This document shows, one piece after another, positions 11,329-23,215 of a stretch of DNA of 64,000 bases (its first letter is position 1; each line of letters starts with the position of its first letter). A model generated the notes under the pieces. It saw only the letters and a list, made by a program, of their open reading frames with translations, had not been told where the DNA came from and did no database searches. Where the stretch lies: assembly GCA_965112735.1 (NCBI GenBank), contig OZ218957.1:2356001-2420000 (forward strand), given 5' to 3'. The position numbers and the translations under genes are program-made. The stretch comes from Phaeosaccion multiseriatum (lineage: Eukaryota; Protista; Ochrophyta, other classes).

Positions 11329-13919
11329 TCAAAGTAAGGCGGGGCTACCCTCTGCGGTGTTGGCACCCCCATGACCTAACTCCTCGGCGTTCTTGGCCTT
11401 GACCTCCTCCCACACCTCCTGCACGCCGGCAGGGATGACTCCTTCCGCAGTCGCCTTCCCCCACGCGCCCAGCGCCTCTTCCGTGGTTCCGTAAGGCTTG
11501 AAGGCACTGTGCCCCTGCGGGATGTTGTCGGCGAGGGAGGGGTAGTGCCTCTTGAGCAGATCTTTGAGGCCGTCCACCCCCTCAATCCAGTCGAGTCCCG
11601 TCTTGGTGTAGGTAGCTTCATTGTAATACTCGTTGAGAAACGGGTCCGCGTCCAGCCGTCTCGACGCCATCAAGAGGAACACAATGAAGGAGGTTTCCGA
11701 GATGGCGAAGCCCCTCAGCTTGTTCTCGAACATGTCGCCCACCAGCAAGTCGCACCTTTCAATTCCCTCAGGGGCGGGTCCGTAAATCGCCTCCAACTCC
11801 GCGGCCAATGGAGCACCTGCATTCTTCTTCAAGCCTCCTCCTCCTCCTTTCTTCTCGCCGGTCAACGCCGTCCAAGTCTTGTAGGGCTTGAGCTTGAGGG
11901 CACGGCGGAAGGCGTTGAAGCGGAGGATGCCCCTCTCCCGATCGCGATGAAGGTCAAGCGCCGCGAGGTCTACTCGGTCTGGCATGGACCTTCCCTCCTC
12001 GTCCGTTGGAGCAAGGTCCCGCAAGGCAGTGGGGTAGTTGTGTGGTACGAGTCCACCGCAAGGGTAGAACAGCGCTGAGTCCCAGAACTCTAGGGCGCGG
12101 TCAGCAGCAGCCGGAGGAGTGCTGCTCGCAGGGGCGCCAGTTGGTGGTACACCAGCAGCAGCAGGTCGTCGTATAGTTTTGCGACCCTCTGCACCAACGA
12201 GGTCTTCAAGCGGGATGAACTCGTTTCTGTTGGGTCCAACCACCAGGCCGGGGGGCAGCAGGGGGTGAAGGCGGTACACGGCGGCGAACTCTTCGGTGAG
12301 ACAGAAGGGAACACCTTTGTTATCCGCCTTCTTCTTCTCTGTCAGCTTGAACAGAGGAGGAAGGAACTTCAAGTTGATGCCCAAAGCTTTGGGAAGGCCC
12401 ACCCAGTTGGTTTTCATGCCCTGTGCAGAGTCGAAAGATCGGGTGGGTGGGTGGGTGGGTGGAAGTCGAGCAAGTCAAGGAGGGGGAGCAGGAGGAGGAT
12501 GAGGAGGAGGAGGATAGAGGATGAGAGCAAGGCGAGAGGAAGCTATGAGTAAGAGGATTCAAGAAGAAGATACTAAGATGTTGCGGACGCACCGGCGCAC
12601 TACTCACTTCTCCCTCTCGTGATACACTGCTCACTCCTCACTGTCCTGACACCACCCACTAACCACTACTCACTACTCACAATATCGAGAGTGCGGGTCT
12701 TAAGGAGCTCGATGGTCCAGTCGATGGTGTGAATCTTGGCCACCAGAGCGGCCACAACATTTCGTCCAATGCCGAAGAGTTCATCGTCACTCAGCGGCTC
12801 GTCTCCGGGAGCCTGATTGCGGGCCACTTCCTCCACAACGGCGTTGTGCTCCTTCAAGAAGAGCTCCTGGAGAAGAGAGACGCCCACCCAGGAGTTCTTG
12901 TTATCGCCGGTCAAGTGCACGCCTTCGCCGTTGTTATTCTTGTCCTCGCTCATGGGCAGCGTGTTGGGGTGGGTGGGATTGACCTTGAGCTTTCCTCCGC
13001 TCATGGTGCGGGCACGTTTGATGGTGGCCTCGTCGTTGCCATACAAGAAGCTGTGTAAAGAGAAGGGAGGGAGGGAGGGAGGGAAGGAAGGAAGGATGGG
13101 AGGGAGGGAGGGAGGGAGGGGAGGGAGGGCGGGGAGGGAGAGAGGGAGGGGAGGGAGGGGAGGGAGCGAGGGAGGGAGGGGAGGGAGGGAGGGAGGGGAG
13201 GGAGCGAGGCGCGGAGTGAGACACAGGCCTGTGTCTAAACAAACTTGCTTGTCTCTACCCTACTTCGTCTTTCTTTCTGGCTCTGCTCGCTCTCACGCCA
13301 CATTCTCATAGCACACGCACCTGGCATCCCACCACATGGTCCGGAAGTTGTCGTAGTTCCCATCCGGCCGCTCGAGGGTCTTACGGAACTTGAATGAGTG
13401 CATGGGGCACCCCGACTCCTTCCCCTTGCTGAGCTCCACGCCGCCCGTCGCCGAGGGATCATCCTTATGGCCGATCCAATCGTGCACCATTGTCTGAATC
13501 CACGCTGCGGCCATGATGTTGAGCTGGTCTCCAGCGGGCTTGAAGCCATCCCTCGCCAAGAGGCGCTGGGCGACGAGCTGCACGTCCGGGTCGCCATTGG
13601 CTCCGTTGAGTCGAAGCTCTACAGGCACGGGTGGCATGTTTCGACCCACCGGAGCCCCTGCTGAGCTCGTCCAGGGGTTGTTCACGTCCGTTCCGTAGCC
13701 GTCGTGCGGGCGGTACTTGGGAGGGTTGATGGGTGTGGTTTCTCCATCTCGGGGGGCCGGAAGTTCGGGCAAGGGAAGGAGATTGTTCGCCACCAAAACA
13801 TCGCGATGAATGATCACAGGAAGGAGGCCCAGCGGCTCCGGCCACCACTTGGACCAGTGCCAAAAGACATTCTGGAAGACCCAGTGCAGGCCCTCATAGA
13901 CCCGGGTCTTAATACCCAT
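11329..13919 (-). CDS. Fatty-acid alpha-dioxygenase (peroxidase-cyclooxygenase superfamily); exons 13919-13321, 13050-12681, 12420-11329; 686 aa
   Basis: Hallmarks of plant alpha-DOX/PIOX: WIQTMVHDW (distal His), WWDASFLYG, KEHNAV, AKIHTIDWTIELLKT, LTEEFAAVYRLHPLLP (catalytic Tyr and proximal His), RDRERG..RFNAFRR, FAISETSFIVFLLMASRRL (carboxylate-binding Arg). Exon lengths 599+370+1092 keep the frame. Confidence 0.92.
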
Positions 13920-14320
13920 GACTGCTTAAAGAAAGGGGTCCTTCCCCGGTCCTCGCCCTGCTGCTGCCCAAGGAACAAGTCCACAAGTATCCCGCAAGGA
14001 AGAGAGAGAGGGAGGGGGGGGAAGAGTGCGCGAGAGAGAAAGAAGAGAACAAGAGAGGCTTTAAAGCAGGAGAGAGGAACAAAAGAAAAGGAGTGAAGCC
14101 GAAGGGGAGAGAGAGGGGGTGTTTAAAGGGGAGTGGCGGGACGAGCTGCACGGCAAGACTGATTCGGAAGACGGGAAGTTAAAAAAAAAGCGGAAAAGCG
14201 GCCAAACGCGGCTGGGGTCTTCGGAAATTTGAACATAAATCTTTCCTTTTTTCCCTTATCACGCTTTCCTGAGTCGTGATGGTCGTCAACACCCCCTTCC
14301 CCCCCGTGCGCTAGGGACCC

Positions 14321-15470
14321 TCATCTCTCTCGTGTCCATGCCCGCCTCATGTCGTTTGTCTTCGCAGTCGCACCCCCTGGGGGGCACGCACTGCTTCCAT
14401 CTCCTTCAAGCACCGCGGCAGGGGCCATATCCCAACCATCACCACTGGCATCTTTCAAGTACTGGCTGCGGGCATGTCGTAGTGCCCCAGGGACACACGA
14501 CCTCCTCCGATCTGATGATAGCCATTTCAGCACAGAGAGGCTCTTGCCTCCCAAAACGGTGCTAAAACGTGAAAACGGACATTCTGATCCCAGCTCTGCA
14601 CAGCTCCCGCACATTGGCACATTGGTTGCAGCCATTGCAGCACTTCAGATCACCCTGCCTCTCCGGCCGCCCAGCCACTACGGCCCATACGTCCACGCCG
14701 TGCGGGCCACCACTTCCGCCTCTCTCCGGGCTCTGACCCGTCTTAGGCTTGTAGAACACAAATTGGACCACAGGAATACGCCCCCCCGACCGAATAGATT
14801 CTAGCCAGAGGGGTAAGTCCCGAAAGGAGCCAGTCCAGCATCTGCAAGGAGCCACTCCAGCATCTCCAGCTTCCCCTGCCGGCCTGCTTCCAAACTCACA
14901 TGTGTATCCCACGGGCACCTCTCCTTGCCCGGCAGGTCCTCCGTCCGCAGCCATTGGAGGATACTCCACCCGTGCCTCTCATTGCCAACAGCAGCATTAC
15001 ACACTCCCTCATCCCAGGAACAGCCCATACGGTGAAGAGCCTTGCACACGGGCACATCTCCATACTCAGCAAGCCGCAGCTCGAAACGTCTCATAAAATG
15101 TGTTCCTGCTCCACAGCTCATACCCGTACTTCCTGGCCCATCTCAAGCGCTCCACGGACTCCACCACCCTCCTGACATGTGTTGTGTTGGCTGGACGGAG
15201 TCGTGTGTAGTGTCCCTCCCACTGAAGATGAAGAAGAAGAAGAATAATGCCCTCCATGATTAAGCTGAGCACCACGGCCTGGGCCAGGGCCTGGTCGCAA
15301 GCGTCGAGGGCCTCGCCATGGTTTCCCTCGCTTGCAGCAAGGCGGTGGGTTACCTCACCGGAATTGGCGCCCCCCCTTCCATTCCCCTTCCCCCTTCCTT
15401 CTGGGTTTCCACTCCTTCTATTCTATCCCGCACGGGTCAATCCGCGTCTCCCCTTCTGAAGCCTGGCAGG
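14321..15470 (-). pseudogene. Degenerate ankyrin-like repeat paralog C
   Basis: Fragments VRRVVESVERLRWARKYGYEL, EYGDVPVCKALHRMGCSWDEGVCNAA, LQWLRTEDLPGKERCPWD, GKLEMLEWLL and KSLSVLKWL are collinear with paralog A but spread over several frames. Confidence 0.85.
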
Positions 15471-15820
15471 ACGAGACAAGGGAAGAGGAGAGAGGTGAAG
15501 GAGTGGTACGTGAGAAAGAAGGGACGAGCAGGACGACGAGAGGGTCGGGGGGGGAAGGGAGAGGATGAGATGGAGCTGACCGCCCTCTCCCAGCTGGCCT
15601 CGGCTTCTCTCAGTCTCCCCCTACCAGCACTTACCATTACCCACTCGTACCTTTAAGCCCCCGGTGAGTGGTGCGGGAGGGGAGCCGAGGAGCGGTGGAG
15701 TCGGAGCGGTGGAGGATCGGTGGAGTCAGGACAGGGAAGTATGAGAGCTGGTTGTTCGGAGACAGCTGTGAGCTCCGCCACCACCGCATTTCTCTCCAAT
15801 CGCGGCTCCCTCCATTAAAG

Positions 15821-18800
15821 ATGACCGGAAGAGAGTACCGCTCGTTCTGTGGCTCGCGGAGGCGATGGGGGACGGCTTCAGTCATTCTCCCGCTTCTGTT
15901 GGGGCTTCAGAATGGAGGGGCCGCTTTCGCCTTTGTGGCCCCAGGAGCAGGGGCTTTCACTCGGTGAGAGGCGGCAAAGACGGCTCAAGGAACAGTGGAT
16001 ACGAAACCTTTCTCGCACTGGGCCTTGGGAAAGGCTCTTAGACTGAGTGCAGAGCCGTTGCAAAGGACCGTAGTGGGTCAACCCCAAATTGACCCCAGCC
16101 TCAGACTCATTCGCCACTTTCTCCCTTGATCAGTCTCCGTGTATGTTACCTCGCCGTGTTGGCTCACTTCTTTAAGCTCGCCCCCTTCGTCTCTCCACCT
16201 ACATACCGCTGCCTCCCTTCCGGCCCACTGCAGCGTCGGAAGAGCAGCAGCAGCAGCAGCAGCACCAGTCGAAACAGGATGGGGTGAGGGGTACAAGACA
16301 GTAGCAGGAACAAGAGTAGGCCCCGTGGCCCGGCGAAGGCCCCGCAGCTCGCATGCCCTGATGATGCAGGTCATCGGGGGTGACACTATTAAGTTCGAGC
16401 CCCCCGAGGAGGAGGGGGCCGCACCCACCGGTGTGAAGGAGGACCACCTCATCTCTGTCCTGAGTGGTGAGTGCCGTGGAGAGGAGACGACAGGATAGGC
16501 TTGAAGAGTATCAGAGTAACGGGTGCTGGTAGGTGCCGAACCGCCTCTCGGGTGTGTGGCAAGGTCAGCACATGCGGTGTGAGGCCACTTCCCTTTCCCT
16601 GCTGCTGCTGATGTACACTCAATCGGACCACTCTACAATCCCTTCCACCGAGGAAGATCGTGAGCCCAAGTCTTGTGTCTGCAGCTTGTATTGTTGTTGT
16701 CTGTTGCCAAGGCCCCATCTGAGTGTTCTCAGCGCATATCCTCGGATCAAGCCTCCCTATCCTCCTTTGCTTGAGGTGTTAACCTCCTTCTGTGTGCCCC
16801 CTGCACGGGCCTCCTCTTTCTCTCCCTCTCTCTGTCTCTCTCTCCCTCTGCCTTTCTTTCTCTCTCTCTCTCTCTCTGTCTGTCTCTCTCTGTCTCTTTG
16901 TCGTGTGTCTGTGTGCCCTGTGCTGATGACTCGAGCTACGCAGGGAACGGAGAGGTGTTGGTGAAGGCAGTGACTGCCAGGAACTTGGTGCAGGTGAGGA
17001 GGAGGATAAGGAGTAGGAGGAGGAGAGGGTGGGGGAGAAGGAGGGGAGGAGGAGGTGTGGAAGAGGAGGAGGAGCAGGAGCAGGAGACAAGAAGTCACTA
17101 CACTACTCTCTCTGCCATGTTCCGTGTTCTGAACCCGGCCTTGCCTCCCGCCCCCTTCCCTCCCATCCCCCCTCCCCTCCCATCCCTCCCTCCCTTCCCT
17201 CTCCCCTCCCTCCCCCATTACAGGAGGCAGTCGTCAGACTGGACTTGTCTACACTCGCCTCCGACGCTCTGGGCAGAACGCTCGTGTGCACTCTCATGGT
17301 GGCAAATGGGCTCAAGGATGAGGAGACGTTACAGTTTACCTTCGAGGGGAGGGGGCCGCTCAAGAGTGTGATGGCCAGTGAGTAGATGATGAGAGGGGGA
17401 GGGGAGAGGGGAGGGGAGGTCATTCCATCTACAGCATGTGTTTCTCTTTCCCTTCCACCGCCTTCTCTTCCGTTCTCTTCCCTCACCACTGTATCCCCTC
17501 CCCCACGTCCCTGCCGCTTCCCATACACCCACAAATCACACACACACGCACACGCACACACACACAAACACTCACACACGCGCCAGTCAGCGACAGCGAT
17601 GGAGGGGTGCGGGGGTTCGTTGGAGACGGGACAGTTGAACTGCCTCTGAACAAGAACGGCAGGTGAACACTTGACACTTTAGTTCCCTCTCTCAATCCTA
17701 GGTAATCCATTCTTTCATCTTATCTTATCTTATCTTATCTTATGTGCTCTCTCATACTTGATCCAATGACCGTGCCCTTCACCCTACGACATATCGTGCT
17801 TTATGTCATCTCTTACCTTTCTCCCCACCCCACCTGTACCTCGAAAACAACAACCGGTAACGTAACGGCAACGTAACGGCATCGTAACGTCTCGACAGGC
17901 CTGATGTGTCTGCGGGCATCGGCAAGGGATTGCTCAAGGTGGTGAGGATGCATCCCGACTACGAGAGGCCGTATGGCGGGATCACGGCACTGAGGTCAGT
18001 GACAGGGGAGGAAGGGGAAGGAGGGAGGGACGGACGGAGGGAGGAAGGGAGGGGGAGAGTGAGTGGGACAAGTGAGTCTGTGAGAGCGGGGAGAGGAGGA
18101 GGAGGAGGAGGGAGGGAGGGAAAGTGAGAAAGCAGAGGTGGGAGGAGGGAGGAACCAAATAACCAACCAACCTCCCACCCACTCACCCACGCAACCCACC
18201 CACCCAACCAACCACCCAACGGTCTCAACCAATGACAGGAATAGCGAGGTGGCGTTCGACGTGGCGGGCTATCTCAAAGAATCGGATCAGAAGAGCTGCG
18301 CCATTGCGGCGGGGTGCCTGATGCAGGGGGCGGCGGTGAGGCAGGCCGGGGGGTGGATGGTGGAGACGCTGCCCTTCGCGTCGGAGGAGACGAGCAAGAC
18401 TCTCCTGGAGAACATACAGAGGGTGCGTGTGGTTGGTGGGTGGGCGGTGAGGTGGGGGTAGACAAGAGAGAGAGAGAGGAAGAGAGGGGGAGAGAGAGAG
18501 AGAGAGGGAGACAAAGGAGAGACAAGAGAGCTTCCTGACACTCACCCCCAACCCCCTCTGTCCTGACACCCCCCACCCTCTGTCCTGACACCCCCTCAGC
18601 TGATGGACGTTGCCGAGGACCCGTCTCAGCTCATCGCAGACGGCCTGAGCCCCGCCCTCATCGCAGAGGAGCTGCTCAAGGGTCTGGGGGGGCTTGGCAA
18701 GACCACTGTCAACAGACCGGAGTACAGGTAAGAGTTGTGTGAGGGTGTGAGTGTGTGGGTGTGTGTGTGTGGGGGTGTTTGTGTGTGTGTGTGTTTCTTG

Positions 18801-19354
18801 CTACTTTCATGCACTGCTGCAACTACCACTCATTTCTTCCGCCACTTTCCCCCTACTACTCCTTCTACTCCTACTCCTACTCCTACTGCTCTTGTTCCTA
18901 CTCCTACTCCTACTGCTCCTGTTCCTACTACTCCCCACCTCTCCCCATCCACCCCTTCCTCGTCTTCCTCGTCCTCCTCGTCCTCCTCCTTAGGTGCAGC
19001 TGCAGCAACGACCGTGTCGAGCGAGCGATGCGTCTCCTTGGAGAGGAAGAGCTCAAGGACATGGTGTTGAAGCAGGAGAACATCGAGGTCAAGTGCGAAT
19101 TCTGGTGAGTGCCTGGTGTCAGTCAGTCAGTCAGTCAGTCAGTGCCTGGTATCAGTCGGTCAGTGCCTGGTGTCAGTCAGTGCGTGGTGTCAGTCAGGCT
19201 GTTCAGTCACCAATATCAACCAACCCCCCCCTTTCCCCCCTCCGTTCGTTTCGCTTCTGCCCCTTCCTTCCATCGTTCACGCCCCTCCAGCGGCACCCAG
19301 TACGTCATGACTCCAAACGACATCGTGGAAAAGTTCGACCTCAAGATGGGATGA
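15821..19354 (+). CDS. Hsp33/HslO redox-regulated chaperone, predicted plastid-targeted; ~10 exons (15821-15963, 16234-16466, 16944-16993, 17224-17377, ~17587-17662, ~17899-17994, 18239-18422, 18600-18727, 18994-19104, 19291-19354)
   Basis: DHLISVLS..GEVLVKAVTARNLVQEA, ALGRTLVCTL, LQFTFEGRGPLKSV, GGVRGFVG, GIGKGLLKVVR..YGG, YLKESDQ, AGGWMVETLP, and the zinc motif YRCSCS...VKCEFCGTQY. The N-terminus has a hydrophobic segment followed by AAFA-FVAP. Confidence 0.9.
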
Positions 19355-20230
19355 AGGATTCAATTCCATCCATCCGTCTGCTGCCATCCACGATTCCAAG
19401 TCCATCCGTCACCTGCCATCCACTTCAATCGCTGGTTGGCTGGGACAGTTTATATCAAACCGAATCTGGAACTGGAAGCACCTCTCTCTCTCTCTCTCTC
19501 TGGAGCAGGGAGTACACCCGTGTGCTCCTCTCCTGTGGTGGCGGCGGACTTTATACACTTAGTGCCGTGCTTGTTTGAGTGTTGCTTGCGTGTGATGTTT
19601 TGAGGTGTGTTTCTGTGGTTGGCGTGGTCTTTAGAAGAGAGAGAGATCCATCGCCCGTGTTCTCAGACGCTCCGACATCGCATCCATCGCTTTGCCAACC
19701 CCGAGCTAGCGCATCACAGCAGCAGCAGTTGGTGATTCAGTAAGCAGCACGGCCGCCAGGTGTGTATGGGCAGTCTCTGAGTAGGCAGGCAGGCCGGTTC
19801 GAGGGAAGAGAATGATTTATTATTTCTCGGCTTGATGGCAGACAACTGCGCTCTTTGTATAAACAAAAGGAAAACACATCACCATCACCATCAGTAAGAG
19901 TACTTGTTGCTACCACAGTGCCCCACTCAGCACTCAGCACCCCAATAACACTAACACGAGGTGAAGGGTGAAGAATACAAGTACTACAAGAATGTGAGAA
20001 GAAAGAGCGTTACGTACTACTACGTAGTAGTAGTAGTAGTAGTAGTAGTAATGTGCAAAGACAGAAAGTAAGTACATGTGTGGGTAAGTATAAGTAAGAA
20101 TATGGGGGGGTTCGCACGGCTCGCTGTCGGCTAAGACGGTGACCTTCAACTGTGCTTCCCCCTCTGCTATGCTGTCTTCGGCCCCGTCGGAACCTGCACT
20201 TGAGAGGAATGGGCCGTACTTCACGGTCCC

Positions 20231-20478
20231 AGAGGTGAAGTACCCGTCACTGGTTGAGCTGACGGAGGAGGAGGAGGAGGAGGAGGAGGAGGAGGAGCTG
20301 CCCTTCAACAAAACTGCCCCCTTGGCTATTGCACGTGAGGGCAATTTTGTTGAAGGGCACCTCACGTGCAATAGCCAAGAGGGCAGTTTTGTTGAAGGGC
20401 AGCTCCTCCTCCTCCTCCTCCTCCTCCTCCTCCTCCTCCTCCTCCGTCAGCTCAACCAGTGACGGGTACTTCACCTCT
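20231..20478. repeat. Near-perfect long inverted repeat (fold-back hairpin): arms 20231-20340 and 20360-20478, 19-nt loop
   Basis: The arms are exact reverse complements except for one mismatch and (GAG)11 versus (CTC)14. Confidence 0.95.
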
Positions 20479-20538
20479 TGGGCCGTGCTTGTGGGTAAGT
20501 ATGTGTGGCTTCCCCCTCCCCCAGCCTCACCCTCACCC

Positions 20539-21625
20539 TCACCCCGTTGCGCCCCCCCTCCCCGCCTTCTTCTTCTTGGCGGCAGCATGCTTGGCATACG
20601 CCTTGAGCGTACCACCAACTGCCCCAGTGGCCATGTCAAACGCTGCGCTCCTCTTCTTGCCACTGCCACTCCCACCCCCACTCCTTCCCTCGCCCCCCTC
20701 TGCCGCCGCCTTGGTCCATCTCGGCTTCTTCTTGCTGTTCTTCTTGCTCCCTCCTCCTCCTCCTCCTCCTCCTCCTCCTCCTCCCCCCAGCGTATATCTC
20801 CTCCCCCCCCCCTCCCGATCCTCGCCGTACTCCTCATCCGACCCAAAGCCTCCTCCACCTGCTCCTCCTCCTCCCCTTCCCTTTCCCCCGCCTGCTAGTC
20901 TGGCCAGTCCACTAAGGTCTCCAAGGTCCGCTAGAGAGTCGAGGCGAGAAGCCGATTGTTCCATCTCTCTCCGCCGCTTCTTGTCCTTCTTAGTCACGCT
21001 CTGTAGAGGAGAGGGAGGAGGAGGAGGAGGAGGAGGAGCAGGAAGGTTTACTTTCAGTCATAGAGAGAGACACACACAGTCTAATACGCGCGTCTTGTCG
21101 GATGACCTGACCCCCCATCCTCTGTCCTGACACCCCCTCACTCTCTGCCTTGACACCTCCTATCACTTCTATCCCGACCCATATGACTCACTATGCGCAT
21201 CATGATACGCCTCCGCAAACTCTGCCCGTGCCCTGTCCTGACACCCACCCACCCTCTGTCCTGACACCCACCTGTCCACTGTCCTGATACCCACCCACCC
21301 AAGCTCTGTCCTGATACCCACCCACCCACTGTCCTGACACCCACCCACCCACCCTGTCCTGATACCCACCCACCCACACACACACCCTCACCAACCCTCT
21401 GTCCTGACACCTCTGACTCACCATGCGCATCATGTACGTCTCCTCAAACTCTGCCCTGGCCCTGTCCTCGTCGTCGAGCCTGCTCCTCCTGCCGTCGTTT
21501 AGTGCCGTGCCTCTCTGCTCACGGACCATCTCGGGCTGTTCACCAAACTCTTCTCGAAGGCCTGTGGATGGATGAATGGATAAATGGCAATGGATGGATG
21601 GGTGGATGGGTGGATGGCAATGGAG

Positions 21626-21661
<36 letters not shown>

Positions 21662-22450
21662 GATAGGTAGGAGAGGTGAGCAGGGGATGAGATCGAGACA
21701 GATGGATAGATGGGAAATGTAAGGGAGAAGGGAGAGAGAGAGAAGCAGGCTGATACCGACTCACTCACTCACTCACTCACAACCCACCTTCCATGACCTC
21801 GCCCCTGCGAAGACGCTCTCTCCTGCGCTCCTCCTTCTGCCTCTGCTTGTCGGAGCGGCTATCCTTGCTCTTGGCATCTCCGTCGTAGGGCACAGACGCC
21901 ATACGCGGCGCGCGATACTTGCCATCACTCCCCTCCCCTCCCCCCCCTCCAAAGTGGTCCATCCAATCGTCCTCATCATCTCCCCCTGCTCCTCCTCCTC
22001 CTGCTGCTGCTGCTCCTCCTCCTCTGCCTCCTTCACCACCCCCACCCCCGCCATCGAGGCCGGCGAGAAGTGCGTCAGGGTTAGGGCGGAAGGACAGGGG
22101 GTCGTCCCTCTCCACTTCCGTGACTCCCTTGCCCGCCGCCGCCAACCGAAGGAGCTTGTCTACCTGGTACTTGAGACGTCGGTCGATGGGCCCCATCTTC
22201 TCCATCAAGGTCCTCATCTCGAGGAGTTGGGTCATGACAGCGTGTCCGGTGACGCTCTGCCCCTCGAACTTGAGCGCCATGTAGGTGCAGAGGTTGATGC
22301 AGTAGGAGAGGAGGAGCTGCTGCTTGACGTTGAGGAAGGACAAGGCTTCGCTGTCGATGGCTGCCTCCTGTGTATGTATGTACGTATGTATGTATGTATG
22401 TATGTATGTATGTATGTGTGTATGTATGTATGTATGTATGTATGTATGTG

Positions 22451-22482
<32 letters not shown>

Positions 22483-23215
22483 GATAGTACGGGGCCCAAC
22501 GAGATTTGGTGGGAGAAGAGAGAGGGAGTTAGAAAAACGAACAGACCGGTCAGAGGGGGGGGGCGGTGATTTAGGCTCACACGATGGTATGTGAGTGACG
22601 TCTTTCAAGAGTTGAGTACATACACAAAGACACGCATGCACATCAAGGGAAGGGAAGGGAAGTAGCAAGCGTGAAGGATGTTATAGTCTCTCAAGCGCCA
22701 CTTGCCCAACCGAGGGGGCGTTGACGTAGGATACGAGTCTAAAGTCCTCTCACCGCTTGCCCGCGTCCACCCCACACGCACGAATGCGTGCACGATGGGA
22801 ACGGTGACACAGCAGAGAGGAGGTTACTATGGCAAAGTTTTTTCTCCGGGGATGTCATGTGTTTGTTTGGAACGGGCACTTGCTGAGTTCGCCTCCTTCA
22901 GGAAACTTTTTGCTTCCCTCAGAGGCACCCCCTGCGCCTGCGCTGCCCTCCCTCTCCGGCTATCATTATTGCGGTTGTTTGTGCTGGTTAGTATAGTGAG
23001 GGGAGAGGAGGAGGCAGGAGACGCACATAGCCAAAGAGAGCGAGTAGATTCGCATCCGCACCCACCTTCCGAGCCTTCGTCCGCAGTTCCTCCACCTTGC
23101 CCATCAGTTCAGCAACCTTGTCGCGGAACTCAGACACCACCAGCGCCAGGGCCGGCACTTGCTCCTTGACCACTTCCCGACCCTCCGGAGTGGCAGCAGC
23201 AGTAGGAGCTACCAT
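20539..23215 (-). CDS. NGDN: Neuroguidin/Lcp5 (Sas10/Utp3/C1D domain) ribosome-biogenesis protein, multi-exon
   Basis: LSFLNVKQQLLLSYCINL, LLEMRTLMEKMGPIDRRLKYQVDKLL, DPLSFRPNPDAL, GKYRAPRMASVPYD, ALREEFGEQPE, EFEETYMMRM-SVTKKDKKR are all typical neuroguidin motifs. Confidence 0.9.

Noticed and set aside
8306-15470. Endogenous giant-virus insertion as the source of the ankyrin-like cluster
   Set aside because: No NCLDV core genes, integrase or compositional break, and the embedded alpha-DOX has host-type introns. Only a family-level resemblance remains.
20104-20260. Coding-looking stretch next to the hairpin (GTVKYGPFLSSAGSDGAEDSIAEGEAQLKVTVLAD)
   Set aside because: No start, splice partners or recognisable family; it may be a gene relic but cannot be supported.
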